Source: Ruditapes philippinarum (lineage: Eukaryota). From it: 64,000 bases of DNA. Positions 26,098 through 39,609 of the stretch are shown here, in pieces. Positions within the stretch are counted from its first letter, which is position 1. Each line of letters starts with the position of its first letter. The notes beneath the pieces were generated by a model. That model did not search any database. It saw only the letters and a list, made by a program, of their open reading frames with translations, and was not told where the DNA came from. The position numbers and the translations under genes are program-made. The stretch lies in the NCBI RefSeq assembly GCF_026571515.1, contig NW_026851682.1:186001-250000 (forward strand), read 5' to 3'.

Positions 26098-26410
26098 TAC
26101 GCTTTAAAGGGATTCCACTGAGATTTGTTGTCATGATGGGATTGGAAATATTTTTTTCTAGATTAATGATCCATTTGACAATAACTTGTATGCAAAATTT
26201 AGGATTATTCCCCACTCCGTTGTTCCAGAATGAAATACATGTATTCTAACTGTGAAAAATGACCCAAAACTGAAACGCTTTGCAATGTTTTGCTAAAAGT
26301 AGCACAAAAGTATGATTTTCAATTAATTTATGGGTATATTTCTTCATTATCTTTTGCGTGTCTTTTTAATTTAAGTGTCCCAGCTGATCTATGTAAGAAA
26401 TTCAAATGTC

Positions 26411-28270
26411 AATTTGTATGTACTGTTGGGCTATAACTGGTTAATTTATAGTACTGATGAGCTACTACTGGTAAATTCGTAAGTATTGGTGCGATATAAC
26501 TGGTTAATTTATAGTACTGATGGGCTACTACCGGTAAATTTGTACGTATTGGTGCGATATAACTGGTTAATTTATAGTACTGATGGGCTACTACCGGTAA
26601 ATTCGTACGTATTGGTGCGATATAACTGGTTAATTTATAGAACTGATGGGCTACTACCGGTAAATTCGTAAGTATTGGTGCGATATAACTGGTTAATTTA
26701 TAGTACTGATGGGCTACTACCGGTAAAATTCGTACGTATTGGTGCGATATAACTGGTTAATTTATAGTACTGATGGGCTACTACCGGTAAATTCGTAAGT
26801 ATTGGTGCGATATAACTGGTTAATTTATAGTACTGATGGGCTACTACTGGTAAATTCGTACGTATTGGTGCGATATAACTGGTTAATTTATAGTACTGAT
26901 GGGCTATTACTTGTAAATTCGTAAGTATTGGTGCGATATAACTGGTTAATTTATAGTACTGATGGGCTACTACTGGTAAATTCGTACGTATTGGTGCGAT
27001 ATAACTGGTTAATTTATAGTACTGATGAGCTACTACCGGTAAATTCGTACGTATTGGTGCGATATAACTGGTTAATTTATAGTACTGATGGGCTACTACC
27101 GGTAAATTCGTACGTATTGGTGCGATATAACTGGTTAATTTATAGTACTGATGGGCTACTACCGGTAAATTCGTACGTATTGGTGCGATATAACTGGTTA
27201 ATGTATAGTACTGATGGGCTACTACCGGTAAATTCGTAAGTATTGGTGCGATATAACTGGTTAATTTATAGTACTGATGGGCTACTACTGGTAAATTCGT
27301 ACGTATTGGTGCGATATAACTGGTTAATTTATAGTACTGATGAGCTACTACCGGTAAATTCGTAAGTATTGATGCGATATAACTGGTTAATTTATAGTAC
27401 TGATGGGCTACTACTGGTAAATTCGTAAATATTGGTGCGATATAACTGGTTAATTTTTAGTACTGATGAGCTGCTACCGGTAAATTCGTAAGTATTGGTG
27501 CGATATAACTGGTTAATTTATAGTACTGATGGGCTACTACCGGTAAATTCGTAAGTATTGGTGCAACATAACTGGTTAATTTATAGCACTGATGAGCTAC
27601 TACTGGTAAATTCGTAAATATTGGTGGGATATAACTGGTTAATTTATAGTACTGATGGGCTACTACTGGAAAGTTCGTAAGTATTGGTGCGATATAACTT
27701 GTTAATTTTTAGTACTGATGAGCTACTACCGGTAAATTCGTAAGTATTGATGCGATATAACTGGTTAATTTATAGTACTGATGGGCTACTACCGGTAAAT
27801 TCGTAAGTATTGGTGCGATATAACTGGTTAATTATAGTACTGATGGGCTACTACTGGTAAATTCGTAAGTATTGGTGTGATATAACTGGTTAATTTATAG
27901 TACTGATGGGCTACTACCGGTAAATTCGTACGTATTGGTGCGATATAACTGGTTAATTTATAGTACTGATGGGCTACTACCGGTAAATTCGTAAGTATTG
28001 GTGCGATATAACTGTTTAATTTATAGTACTGATGGGCTACTACCGGTAAATTCGTAAGTATTGGTGCGATATAACTGGTTAATTTATAGTACTGATGGGC
28101 TACTGCTGGTAAATTCGTAAGTATTGGTGCGATATAACTGTATAATTTTTAAGTACTGGTAGACTATAACTGGTTAACTTGTAAGTAATGGTGGGCTATC
28201 ACTTTTTTGTAAGTACTGGTACGCTTTAACTTGTTAATTTCTAGGAACTGTGGGTTATAACTGTTTAATT
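26411..28270. repeat. 63-bp dimeric (31+32) satellite array
   Basis: Unit attggtgcgatataactggttaatttatagtactgatgggctactaccggtaaattcgta(a/c)gt, about 27 units. Confidence 0.95.
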
Positions 28271-28327
28271 TGCAGTACTGTGGGGTTCATTTTTAGAAAT
28301 AGAGTGGTATATTGAATGTTCATGATA

Positions 28328-29612
28328 GTACTGTTTGGCTATTACTGGTTAATTTGTAAGTGCTGTTTGGCTGTAACATGTTTATTTGAAGTACTGGTGG
28401 GCTATAACATGTTTATTTAAAGTACTGGTGGACTATAACATGTTTATTTGAAGTACTGGTGGTCTATAACATGTTTATTTGAAGTACTGGTGGGCTATAA
28501 CATGTTTATTTGAAGTACTGGTGGGCTATAACATGTTTATTTGAAGTACTAGTGGGCTATTACATGTTTATTTAAAGTACTGGTGGGCTATAACATGTTT
28601 ATTGGAAATACTTGTGGGCTGTAACATGTTTATTTGAAGTATTGGTGGGCTATAACATGTTTATTTAAAGTACTGGTGGACTATAACATGTTTATTTGAA
28701 GTACTGGTGGGCTATAAGATGTTTATTTGAAGTACTGGTGGGCTATAACATGTTTATTTGAAGTACTGGTGGGCTATAAGATGTTTATTTGAAGTACTGG
28801 TGGGCTATAACATGTTTATTTGAAGTACTGGTGGGCTATAACATGTTTATTTAAAGTACTGGTGGGCTATAACATGTTTATTTGAAGTACTAGTGGGCTA
28901 TTACATGTTTATTTAAAGTACTGGTGGGCTATAACATGTTTATTGGAAATACTTGTGGGCTGTAACATGTTTATTTGAAAGTATTGGTGGGCTATAACAT
29001 GTTTATTTAAAGTACTGGTGGACTATAACATGTTTATTTGAAGTACTGGTGGGCTATAACATGTTTATTTGAAGTACTGGTGGGCTATAACATGTTTATG
29101 TGAAGTACTGGTGGGCTATAAGATGTTTATTTGAAGTACTGGTGGGCTATAACATGTTTATTTGAAGTACTGGTGGGCTATAACATGTTTATTTAAAGTA
29201 CTGGTGGGCTATAACATATTTATTTGAAGTACTGGTGGGCTATAAGATGTTTATTTGAAGTACTGGTGGGCTATAACATGTTTATTTGAAGTACTGGTGG
29301 GCTGTAACATGTTTATTTGAAGTACTGGTGGGCTATAACATGTTTATTTGAATTAATAGTGGGCTTTTACATGTTTATTGGAAGTACTTGTGGGCTGTAA
29401 CATGTTTATTTGAAGTATTGGTGGGCTATAACATATTTATTTGAAGTACTGGTGGGCTATAAGATGTTTATTTGAAGTACTGGTGGGGTATAACATGTTT
29501 ATTGGAAGTACTGGTGGGCTATAACATGTTTATTTGAAGTACTGGTGGGCTATAAGATGTTTATTTGAAGTACTGGTGGGCTATTACATGTTTATTAGAA
29601 GTACCAGTGAGC
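28328..29612. repeat. 31-bp satellite array
   Basis: Unit gtactggtgggctataacatgtttatttgaa, about 40 units. Confidence 0.95.
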
Positions 29613-29913
29613 TAAAATGTGTTCATTTATCAGTTTGGGGCCATTTTTGTATGTTTCAGAATGATAAGCTTTTAACTTAGCCCTGAAATAACTCCCATAA
29701 ATAGTCAACTCATTTAGTTTGTCAGTATGTCATAAAGAGAGTGGAAAACAAATAAGTTAGAAACGTAAACGAGACGGTTTAAAAGACTGCGTGTGGGTGA
29801 GAGTTTAGAATAGACCTTTTTATACTCGTACATGGTTATTAATCGCAACATTCCTTACATAATCTGTGATATTTTTTTAATTTTCAAACAGTGCAATAAT
29901 GGATTTTTATATA

Positions 29914-30155
29914 CAGTAGAACTCCGGTAAGTCGAAGTTGAAGGGACTTGCGTAAAAACTTCGACATATCGTACTCGATTTATTCTATACGGACCTTGAA
30001 AAAACTTCGACACATCGAAAAATTCGAAACATAAAATTTCGACCCATAAATAGGTTTTTATGAGGAATACATATGGGGAAAATCGGGACTTTCAATTTAC
30101 TTCGACACATCGAGAAAATCGACTTATCGAAGTTCGACTCATAGAAGTTCTACTG
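29914..30155. mobile_element. Tc1/mariner (pogo-type) MITE
   Basis: TA|cagtagaact...agttctactg|TA, with internal tcga-core subrepeats. Confidence 0.8.
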
Positions 30156-30698
30156 TAGTTCATCATGTGAAAAGTATCAGTTTAATGACTCGTATTTCAT
30201 GTAATATATGAAAAAGTATTGGTTGTGTCCGTAAACGATGCCAACACCATGAAGTAATGTGGGTTTGTTTGTTTGCCCGTCCGTCCGTCTGGTGTTCCGG
30301 GAACTTTATTTCGAAGAGAAAAGTCGAGTTGACGCAAGCTGGTTTTCGAATTAATGACAACATGTATGTTATACATGACACGCAGTAGTGTATCCATAGA
30401 TATTTTAGATGTATAATTTCCTTTAAAAAGGATCGGGATTTTTATTGTTGTTGTTGTTGTTCCTGTTGCTGTTGCGTTGCGNNNNNNNNNNNNNNNNNNN
30501 NNNNNNNNNNNNNNNNNNNNNNNNNNNNNNNNNNNNNNNNNNNNNNNNNNNNNNNNNNNNNNNNNNNNNNNNNNNNNNNNNNNNNNNNNNNNNNNNNNNN
30601 NNNNNNNNNNNNNNNNNNNNNNNNNNNNNGATATATTTTAAGAATCAAATGCAGTTTAGTTTACTACAATAGATCTTTCAGATGATCTAGATACACAA

Positions 30699-32713
30699 TT
30701 ATTATGTCTCCCCCACCTCGGGGGGAGACATATTGTTTTTGCCCTGTCCGTCCGTCAGTCCGTCCGTCCGTCAGTCCGTCCGTCAGTCCGTCCGTCCATT
30801 CTTCGTTTCCGGACGATAACTAGAGTTCCTTTTGACCTACAGCTCTCAAACTTCATAGGATGAATGGTCTTATTGAGCAGATGATCCCTATTGTTTTTGG
30901 GGTCAGTAGTTCAAAGGTCAAGGTCACAGTGACCGTTGGTCAATTTCTCGTTTCCGGATGATAACTAGAGTTCCTTTTGACCTACAGCCCTCAAACTTCA
31001 TAGGATGATTGGTCTTATAGAGCTGATGATCCCTATTGTTTTTGGGGTCAGTAGGTCAAAGGTCAAGGTCACACTGACCGTTGGTCAATTTCTCGTTTCC
31101 GGATGATAACTAGAGTTCCTTTAGACCTACAGACCTCAAACTTCATAGGATGATTGGTCTTATTGAGCAGATGATCCCTATTGTTTTTTGGGGTCAGTAG
31201 TTCAAAGGTCAAGGTCACAGTGACCGTTGGTCAATTTCTCGTTTCCGGATGATAACTAGAGTTCCTTTTGACCTACAGCCCTCAAACTTCATAGGATGAT
31301 TGGTCTTATAGAGCAGATGATCCCTATTGTTTTTGGGGTCAGTAGGTCAAAGATCAAGGTCACAGTGACCGTTGGTCAATTTCTCATTTCCGGATGATAA
31401 CTAGAGTTCCTTTTGACCTACAACCCTCAAACTTCATAGGATGATTGGTCTTATTAATCAAATGATCCCTATTGTTTTAATGGTCAGTAGGTCAAAGGTC
31501 AAGGTCACAGCGACCGTTGGTTAATTTCTCCTTTCCGGATGATAACTAGAGTTCCTTTAGACCTACAACCCTCAAACTTCATAGGATGATTGGTCTTATT
31601 GAGCAGATGATCCCTCTTGTTTATGGGGTCAGTAGGTCAAAGGTTAAGGTCACAGTGACCATTGGTCATTTTCTCATTTCCGGATGATAACTAGAGTTCT
31701 TATCAGTGAGGACATTTAACTATTATTCATATATCAGTGATATATCAGTTGTCTGGTTTTATATACTCTGTTCTAGGAGACTTCAACATTGACCTCATTC
31801 AATATTTAGAACATCCATTGACCCACACTATGTTACGACATCGCTTTAAACAAATAATAAACAAGGCTACTACAGCACACAACACACTTATTGACCATAT
31901 CTACCAGAGAGGCTTGATTGTGAAAACGAGTGGAGTCATCCCAACACACTACAGTTATCATGATTTGACATACATTGAAATTTGAGTTGTCTTTCAATAG
32001 TGTAAAAAATCTGACAATATGAACGTTTGTTTCAAGTATCATCAAAATCCTTCAAAGGGTTGAAGAGTTATGGAGCAGACACAATTTCCTTTAATTTCGT
32101 TTGTGAAACTATATATGATATGACATTCAAGTGTCAAGTAGACCTTGACCTTGGAACCAGCCATACGAAACATGTACTCTACACGTTCTCTGGATGTGGT
32201 GAATTTTTGTTTCAAGTATCTACAAGAGAGGCTTCATTGTGAAAACGAGTGGAGTCATCCCAACACACTACAGTTATCATGATTTTACATACATTGTAAT
32301 TTGAGTTGTCTTTCAATAGTGTAAAAAAATCTGACAATATGAACGTTTGTTTCAAGTATCATCAAAATCCTTTAAAGGTTTGAAGAATTATGGAGCAGAC
32401 ACAATTTCATTTAATTTCATTTGTGAAACTATATATGATATGACCATCAAGTGCAATTTCGTTTGACGCCCGCCTGCCATACGCTGATTGAATAACCAGG
32501 ATTTTCAAAATTGAATACCTGGTTAAAAACAAACAGTTTAGGAAGCATCTTCTCATACAACCTTAACAATAGAAACCATCCATAGACAGCCTTCATTGAA
32601 GTGACTACCGGGTATTTACATTATCTTATCTCCATTTCCATTCCTGTTTCCATTCACAGTTATTCTCAGCAGTGGGGGAGACATGCGCTTTTTTACAAAA
32701 GCATCCTCTAGTT
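30699..32713 (+). mobile_element. Helentron-derived element (HINE) with 145-bp internal tandem repeats and an endonuclease remnant
   Basis: 5' atgtctccccc hairpin/subTIR, (GTCC)n tract, six 145-bp repeats (ccgga at 30809, 30954, 31099, 31245, 31390, 31535, 31680), 3' gggggagacat subTIR, gcttttt/aaaagc hairpin and ctagtt end. Confidence 0.85.
31764..31985 (+). pseudogene. C-terminal fragment of an APE/EEP-type endonuclease (Helentron ORF remnant)
   Basis: VLGDFNIDL...TT..TLIDHIY...SGVIPTHYSYHD then a stop, i.e. the GDFN, IDH and SxH motifs of EEP nucleases; no upstream part. Confidence 0.75.
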
Positions 32714-32843
32714 ACATTCAGGTGTGCGTTTGTTTTAAAAATAAATTTTCATAATTTGGAAGAAATAAAAAATCAAGTCTGTACATTCAACATTACATAT
32801 ATTTTAGATAACTTTTACTAGCGATCGTCTAGATTTAATACAG

Positions 32844-33691
32844 CTACTTTGTTTCATCATTCATAGCTTCAAGTGTGTACCGTCGTTTCAATCCAGCCAC
32901 ATCTACCTTATTCCAATCCCATGTTGTTGGGTCGAACACAGCGCTTTCCAATTCAGTAACAAATTTACAATCCGTATCTGTTGCATACTCCATTTCCTTC
33001 ATCATGTACTCAAGTTCCACAATCTTCTCGTTCATTTCCCGCTTCCGGGCAATCAAGGCGCTCATTGACCCATCCGGTGACTTTGACTTTCTGCCCGGAG
33101 TGGAACAGCGTTCAGGGTTTCTTATTCCCTTTAAAAGTAGCGGGAAATGTGTAATATAGAACTTATATGATTCTGTTGATCTTTTGAATGGAAGTGCTCT
33201 TAGTTCAAAAGAATTTACAATAGATTCAAATAATTCCTCATCAATTTTAAGTGGTAGTGGTGGTTCAATTGTAGGCCGGCGAATTAGAAATGTAGCCGTT
33301 GGAATTCGTCTTTTGAAAATCGGAATTGGCGTTACAGAACTACTTGTTGAATATGAGCTATCAGAGCGCATGCTTGGCGTAGGGATCGGTGAAGATATCG
33401 GACTTCTTGAATATGAAACAACATCTATGTCCAATTTAGAGAGCAATTTAAGCCATGTTTCACGGGTCGAATTTCTTATAGGGAATTCTGGGAGTTTTTC
33501 TGATTTTCCAGTCACAGTCCATGTGTTGGCATCTGAGAGATGTTTCGCCGATGAAGTATTCTGTTCTTTAAATAATGGTGCAAGTCGAAAGTTAACATAT
33601 TGTGCTGATGGAGGGCCTGGTAATCTACGTTTCCTGTACACTTCAAACGGTGGTTTCAGTATTCCTCGCAGCCTTGCCTTGTCCTCGAGAA
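32844..33691 (-). CDS. Terminal coding exon of an uncharacterised Ser/Pro-rich protein with a probable C-terminal coiled coil
   Basis: 282-codon open frame, GC-richer than its flanks, starting after a tttattccag acceptor (phase 1). The upstream exon is unresolved; 34060-34096 is a possible first exon. Confidence 0.6.
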
Positions 33692-36600
33692 CTGGAATAA
33701 AACGAAACTAATGAGAAAAGTTAGTAAGTATTCCTTTCAACGCTTCGTTATAATTGTTATTATTTGCATTTGAAAGTTTAAGTTTCAAAATGAAGTTCAT
33801 CTAGTATTTCAAAAAATGCATCATAATTCGAAATGTCTTGAATATCAAATACCGCGTCAATTGTATTCCATATCGTTACTGAGAAACTTGTTCAATTTGC
33901 CATGCCGTACAGAGATTTCTTTTTTCTTCTTTGTTGATGTTGTTGTTTTTGTCCTACTATCATTGTTAACACGTTTCATATTAATTAACTAAACTCAACT
34001 TCATATATTTTAAAAGCGTTCAGATGCTTGCCATAATCTGTGTAAGTTTCTCAACATTACCATGACATAATGTATTCAAGCTCCTAAATATCACCATGAC
34101 GCTTTATAAAAAGATTTGGCCGGAACTTTGATATCTATACAATCTAGGCTATTATCAATAATCGAAGACTGTCGGAAAGAGCCGATCAGTTGCGATTGAG
34201 CGTTATATTCCATTTGCGTCACTATTTTGCTCTCTCTACAGCTTCTATAATTGTAACTTTAGAGGCAGAGAACCAATCAACTCACTATGATAAATGTTAG
34301 ATATTAAGTGTGCAAATAAACTGTGCAAATGTAAATATGATTTAAAAGCGCAAATTATTAAGTTTGAAGCAACACAACTCTTATTCTATATTTGGTTAAA
34401 TGGAAAGCAAGCATATAAGCAAATGCGAATGAGAATGAATTTTTAAGTCTCGTAAATTACACGTGATAAAATCTCGCTAATGATATATTCCTATAATTAC
34501 ATAATTAACCCGAAAAGTGATTTTTACACTAGTAGTTAATTGTTATAAGCGCACTGTAACGACTTTTCAATAGTAAATGGTAAATGCTACATATCTTAAA
34601 TCGACGGTCTAGACAAAAACATATATCATTTTAGCGAAATTTTTCAAACATTTAACTGAGTAAGTAACAGTGCAGACCGTAAATAGACGGCAAGGCATGT
34701 ATGTGACAGCATATATCTTGGTCTGCATTTGTTGCTTAGATAGAATCTGTTGCCAACAGCAGGCTAAAGGTTAATTAAAGGCGTGTCTTTTTAGAGTACA
34801 ACCTCTTTGGGGGTGGTGCAAACAATAATTTGGTTGGTGCAGAGAAGAGGCTCTAGAAAAGTTAAATATATAGTTGAAGTCTTACTTTAGGAATGAATAA
34901 GTTAAACTGTTGTTGTAAAGAGGTTTTTTAATTGTTTTTTTTTTTTATTTTGGATTTTTGTATACAAATGTACAAGTTATAGACAGAATATTTAAAGATG
35001 ACTTAAAAATGGGACATGTAAGATAGGTCCCAGCTTAAAACGAAGTTATCTACAATTATCATATCACTGTTAGATCTAAGTTGCAAGTAAATAAAGCAAG
35101 TAGCTCTATTGCATTATTAAACTTTTAAGAATTTTGTAATTTCTCAGAAGATTTTTGTCTGAATATATTATAAAGCAAAATTATACGTGTACATGTGCGT
35201 CATGCAAACTTATTGCGTAATATAGGCTCAGTAATGCACATAAATTTAAATGTTTAAAAAGTTGCAAACTAAAATGTTTTAAAGATAAAAAGTTTTAGCA
35301 CAAAAGTGAAAATAAGTTTCATCATACCTTTTTCATAATCCTTGTTAAATGTTCCACTCTCATCCATTCGTATATGAAAAAGTAATTGAGGTATGCTAGA
35401 TTCACTATTTGCGTGCATTGTTGTTACATTTTCTCTTATTTTTTTCCTTCTCGTTTTTTGTATCAATTATAATAAGATAATTATAATAAGATAATTATAA
35501 TAAGATAATTATAATAAGATAATTTCCATTGTTGATCTTCTTCTAAACTGCCATTAATCTACATAACGTCGTTGCCATTAGCTATATAAAAAAACTGACG
35601 CATAGTTATATTTGTGACGTCTATTACGTCATTAACGTCATCTTTGTCTAATTGAATACTTTAGTTGCATTCGTATTTTTTTTAATTATGTGTTTTGATC
35701 TTTGTTTTTGAAAACCTGATATCAATAGTTTTTATTGTTTTGTTTAATAGTTGTGTATTAACTTTTTATCTATCCTTCACTCTTACTAATAAATACATTT
35801 TTAAAAATGACGACTTAAAGTTTTAAAGTAAGTCTCTAGCTGTCCTGATAATGTTCATTTTCAGGTTTGTATTTTCTCTCACACCATTTACTAACACGTC
35901 CGACGTGCACTATTCTTGCCTATAACACTCGCGAGACGGTTTGGTAGTCCTCAGAGATAGATATATATTGCAAAAAAAAACAACTTTAGAAACAAAATGT
36001 AAAAAAGATGAAGGTAGCGTGTTTCTTTTTTTCTCACAAATTAAAATGAAAGAAACTACTCCACGGTACAAATAAAACTATAATGAGTATTCGAGTTAAC
36101 GTCATTAATACTGTGCAAGGTAATTCTTTGATGCAGTCGGCATTATTTTACAGCATCATTTCTGTATCGATTAATCGATCTATGGTGAGAAATCTGACAA
36201 TGACATCGTATTGTTGAGGAGGAGATTAGAAAAATGATTACTTGTTAGATCTACATGTTATTGTCAAGTTATTGTCAATACAATTGCAAACCATAATAGT
36301 GTGAACAATGAGTGTCAATTCGGAGGGGGAAAACGGCATGCTTTTCAGTGGACACTAAAATTTTATTTTGAAAAGATAGAAGAAAACGACCACAGAGTCC
36401 ATAAAAACCGCCCAAAGCGATAAAATGGAATTTGTTGCAGGCTCGGGTTGGATGAGTCTTATCATGGACGGTATTATTGCACTTTGCTTCACTGTGAAAT
36501 TCTTAGAATATAATTATATCGTAGATCTAGATCTTTACATATCCAAGCTATATTTTAAATGCGGATGAATATAATAAATCGAAATTTTGTTAAAAACACT

Positions 36601-37779
36601 TTATTGTAAGTTAAGTAGACTACTCAGAATAATAGGGAGCACAGAGATATTCGTATACATCATGCTTCATTGTACATTGTCGCATAGAATCTTAGNNNNN
36701 NNNNNNNNNNNNNNNNNNNNNNNNNNNNNNNNNNNNNNNNNNNNNNNNNNNNNNNNNNNNNNNNNNNNNNNNNNNNNNNNNNNNNNNNNNNNNNNNNNNN
36801 NNNNNNNNNNNNNNNNNNNNNNNNNNNNNNNNNNNNNNNNNNNNNNNNNNNNNNNNNNNNNNNNNNNNNNNNNNNNNNNNNNNNNNNNNNNNNNNNNNNN
36901 NNNNNNNNNNNNNNNNNNNNNNNNNNNNNNNNNNNNNNTGTATTTCCTAGAATACTAAAACAAAACCTAACGTGCCGCCCGTTTTCTGTATTTTTTTTTT
37001 TACAATACTGAATATAGTTGATTTACGCATACAAATTAAAAAATTTATTAAATCTAAGCGGCGTGTTGGAGAATCATTTTGTTTTTGTTTAATAAAATAA
37101 TATTATTATTTACGGAAAGTGGAATACATATCAAAGGATAGAAAGAATCCTTAGGGAGTCAATTATCACTGAAAATACCTAAAATGAGATTTTTTGCCTA
37201 GTAGATTTATCCATCTTTTCTGAACACATTCGTGATTTAATTTTGGAAGCAGTTAGTCCAAAAAATGTGTTTTTAAACGTTTTAAAACGGTACCTGTACC
37301 ATTTTTATCTGCTATTCGCGTAACCTGTCAATTATCGATAACGCTCCGCCCCCTGTTGAGGCATCAATGAGGGAAATCGGTAGTTCCATATATGCGTGAA
37401 TTACCGGTCCATACTGGTCCATACTACTCGTAATTCATGTATCGTACAAATACCGAATATCGTCTACCTTTTATTAAGCCTTTTTTATAAAATAAGAAAT
37501 TGTCGGCCAATGTACGTAACATAATGTATGAAACATAAATAATTAAGTATAGCGGTAAATCGTTGATTAAAAATGTAATTGCTAAAATATCCATAATGTG
37601 TGAAAATAATTTGTCAGTCCCGTTAATCTGATAGATATTACATTGAGTTTATGGACTTTGTACGGATTCAAGGGCTTGCTTTACATTCAACCTCGTTTTC
37701 TAACAATGTCAAGTAAAACAACAACAAAAACAGACAACATTTTTTATGTGAACGCCTATATATGACTTGTGGTAATTAA

Positions 37780-39090
37780 GGTGTCCCTGACAAATTTCTA
37801 AACCATTTTAGGTTGTCTAAGGCTGATTATTTCTCTATGAATCAGTAAAAAAAGATAATAAAATATATTATCAGTGAATGGTTTGAATAAATTGTTCGCC
37901 AGTAAATCGGACACAGTACTAATAAACCTGGGACAAAGTATAGAATTTATTGTATATCCCAGTAGAAACTGGATCTCTATGCCGTGCTTAGATGCATAGA
38001 TGATATTCATGATAATAGAAGTAAAAAAGGTCAGATCTTAATGAACGAGTGATACCTTTTATTTCTATTAAAATATGTTAAGCATTTATATCAATTTGGA
38101 GGAAAAAATATATAATATCCCGTTCTTATTTGTACATCTACCATGGACTTTAAAAGACCGTCAGAAGCTCAGTTTTTTGTTATTTTGATTTATATTTTAA
38201 CGGAATTTCATAAACGAATACACAGAGTGACACTGGTATAATATAATAATAATGCTGATGATATTTAAAAGTGAAACAATTATATACCCCGCTAGCGTTG
38301 CGCAAATACGTTCCATTTCCCCCCACCGAGTGCCTCAAATTTTACAGAAAGTCACGTGACATGTGCGGACGGTAAATCACGTTAAGATTTGAAGAAATTT
38401 CTGTTATAAACTGATATTAATCAGCAACTTTTTAATTGGTCAGATGTCACTGGGTCATAAAATGTTGTTAGAGTATGTTACCGCAACTTGTGACCCTCTC
38501 TGGTGCGAAATTTGTGTATTATGCAATTATTTAGCGTGAAACGTAGGGGGTCCGAGAGAGAACAGCCGATTTATGACACTTCGTTTGATGTGGGTCGGAC
38601 TATTTTTGAATCGGCATAACTTTTTTAATAATCAAGCAATTAACATTCGGTTTAAAGCACATGAAAGGGAATTCATTTACGGAGGGAACCGTGTCAGGGA
38701 TTTTTGTTTGCTCAATCAGCGGCTTAATTATCTTTAATTACGTAATATGTATGGTGAAAAAAGTCGCATAAAATGTTTGACGTTACGTAATATTTTTTTG
38801 AGAAAAGATAGAAAAAATTTGAGACACCGTTCCCCAGATATTATAAGTATGTTTATTTTCCAAAAGTTTGATGACAAAAAAATAAAAAATGACTTTGATA
38901 TGACGATTTAAAATGTTTGGATTTTTATTAAAAATCAATCATTTACAAAGGCATTTTTTTCAAATATGTTATTTTTTTTGATGATCAACGACATTTAATG
39001 CACAAAGATTAAATAAATAACAATTATTACTAAAATAAGTTGGTTTAAATGACATTTATGTGAGTACCACGAAAAGTGTCTGTTGTCACC
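37780..39090. mobile_element. Possible Kolobok-type non-autonomous DNA transposon
   Basis: TTAA|ggtgtccctgaca ... tgtctgttgtcacc|TTAA; the TIRs are imperfect. Confidence 0.45.
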
Positions 39091-39509
39091 TTAAAACCTC
39101 ACTTATTAACTCTGCCTGTCACATTGTCCTTGATAATGGGTCCTTTTCATTTTACTGCTTCGAAGTCAGTTTGCACTTTGATTTGCCACCCCTACTGTAA
39201 AGTTTCTGACAGATAGATAGATTTAGTTGCACATAAAATAAATACATGTATTTACATGGCAATGGCATATTTTAAAACATACGTAAAACTACTGACAGAC
39301 ATGTTTGAGTGAAAAACAAAGTCATGTCAATCAACATTATATAAGTTGGCACAAAAAAGGGTCGTTGTGACTCTTATTTCCATTGTAGTTCTTAAGTTTT
39401 ATCTGACAGGTATTTCATAAGTTTTATGTTACAGTCGTTTCATTTGCCGAGAAAATTCGTTTGTAGTATGGACTGACCGAGTCTATAGACTAGTCTGACC
39501 ATGAATTCC

Positions 39510-39609
39510 GACCCGGAAAAGTCGGTTCGAACGGCATTTAGCCAAGAGCGCTTTGCACCGGAAAACGTGTCCCCACGTTATTTCCGGTTATTTCCTCTTT
39601 CTTTTCAAC
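39510..39609 (+). promoter_or_regulatory. RPL13A promoter: TCT/5'TOP pyrimidine initiator with ETS-like ccggaa sites
   Basis: tttcctctttcttttc at 39591-39606 just before the ATG; ccggaa/ttccgg at about 39512, 39558 and 39582. Confidence 0.75.

Noticed and set aside
26486-27239. ORFs with 21-aa repeats (VRYNWLIYSTDGLLPVNSYVL)
   Set aside because: By-product of the 63-bp satellite; many units carry an in-frame TAA.
24054-29612. CRISPR-like appearance of the ~32-bp repeats
   Set aside because: Units are head-to-tail with no unique spacers, there are no cas genes, and the context is eukaryotic.
33184-33711. 175-aa plus-strand ORF
   Set aside because: Antisense shadow of the longer minus-strand exon, with no independent support.
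6809-36958. ORFs running through N-gaps (near 6816, 22910, 30482, 36696) and short ORFs inside MITEs or HINEs
   Set aside because: Artefacts of gaps or repeats, except the minus-strand frame at 7036-7167, which belongs to the TSR gene.
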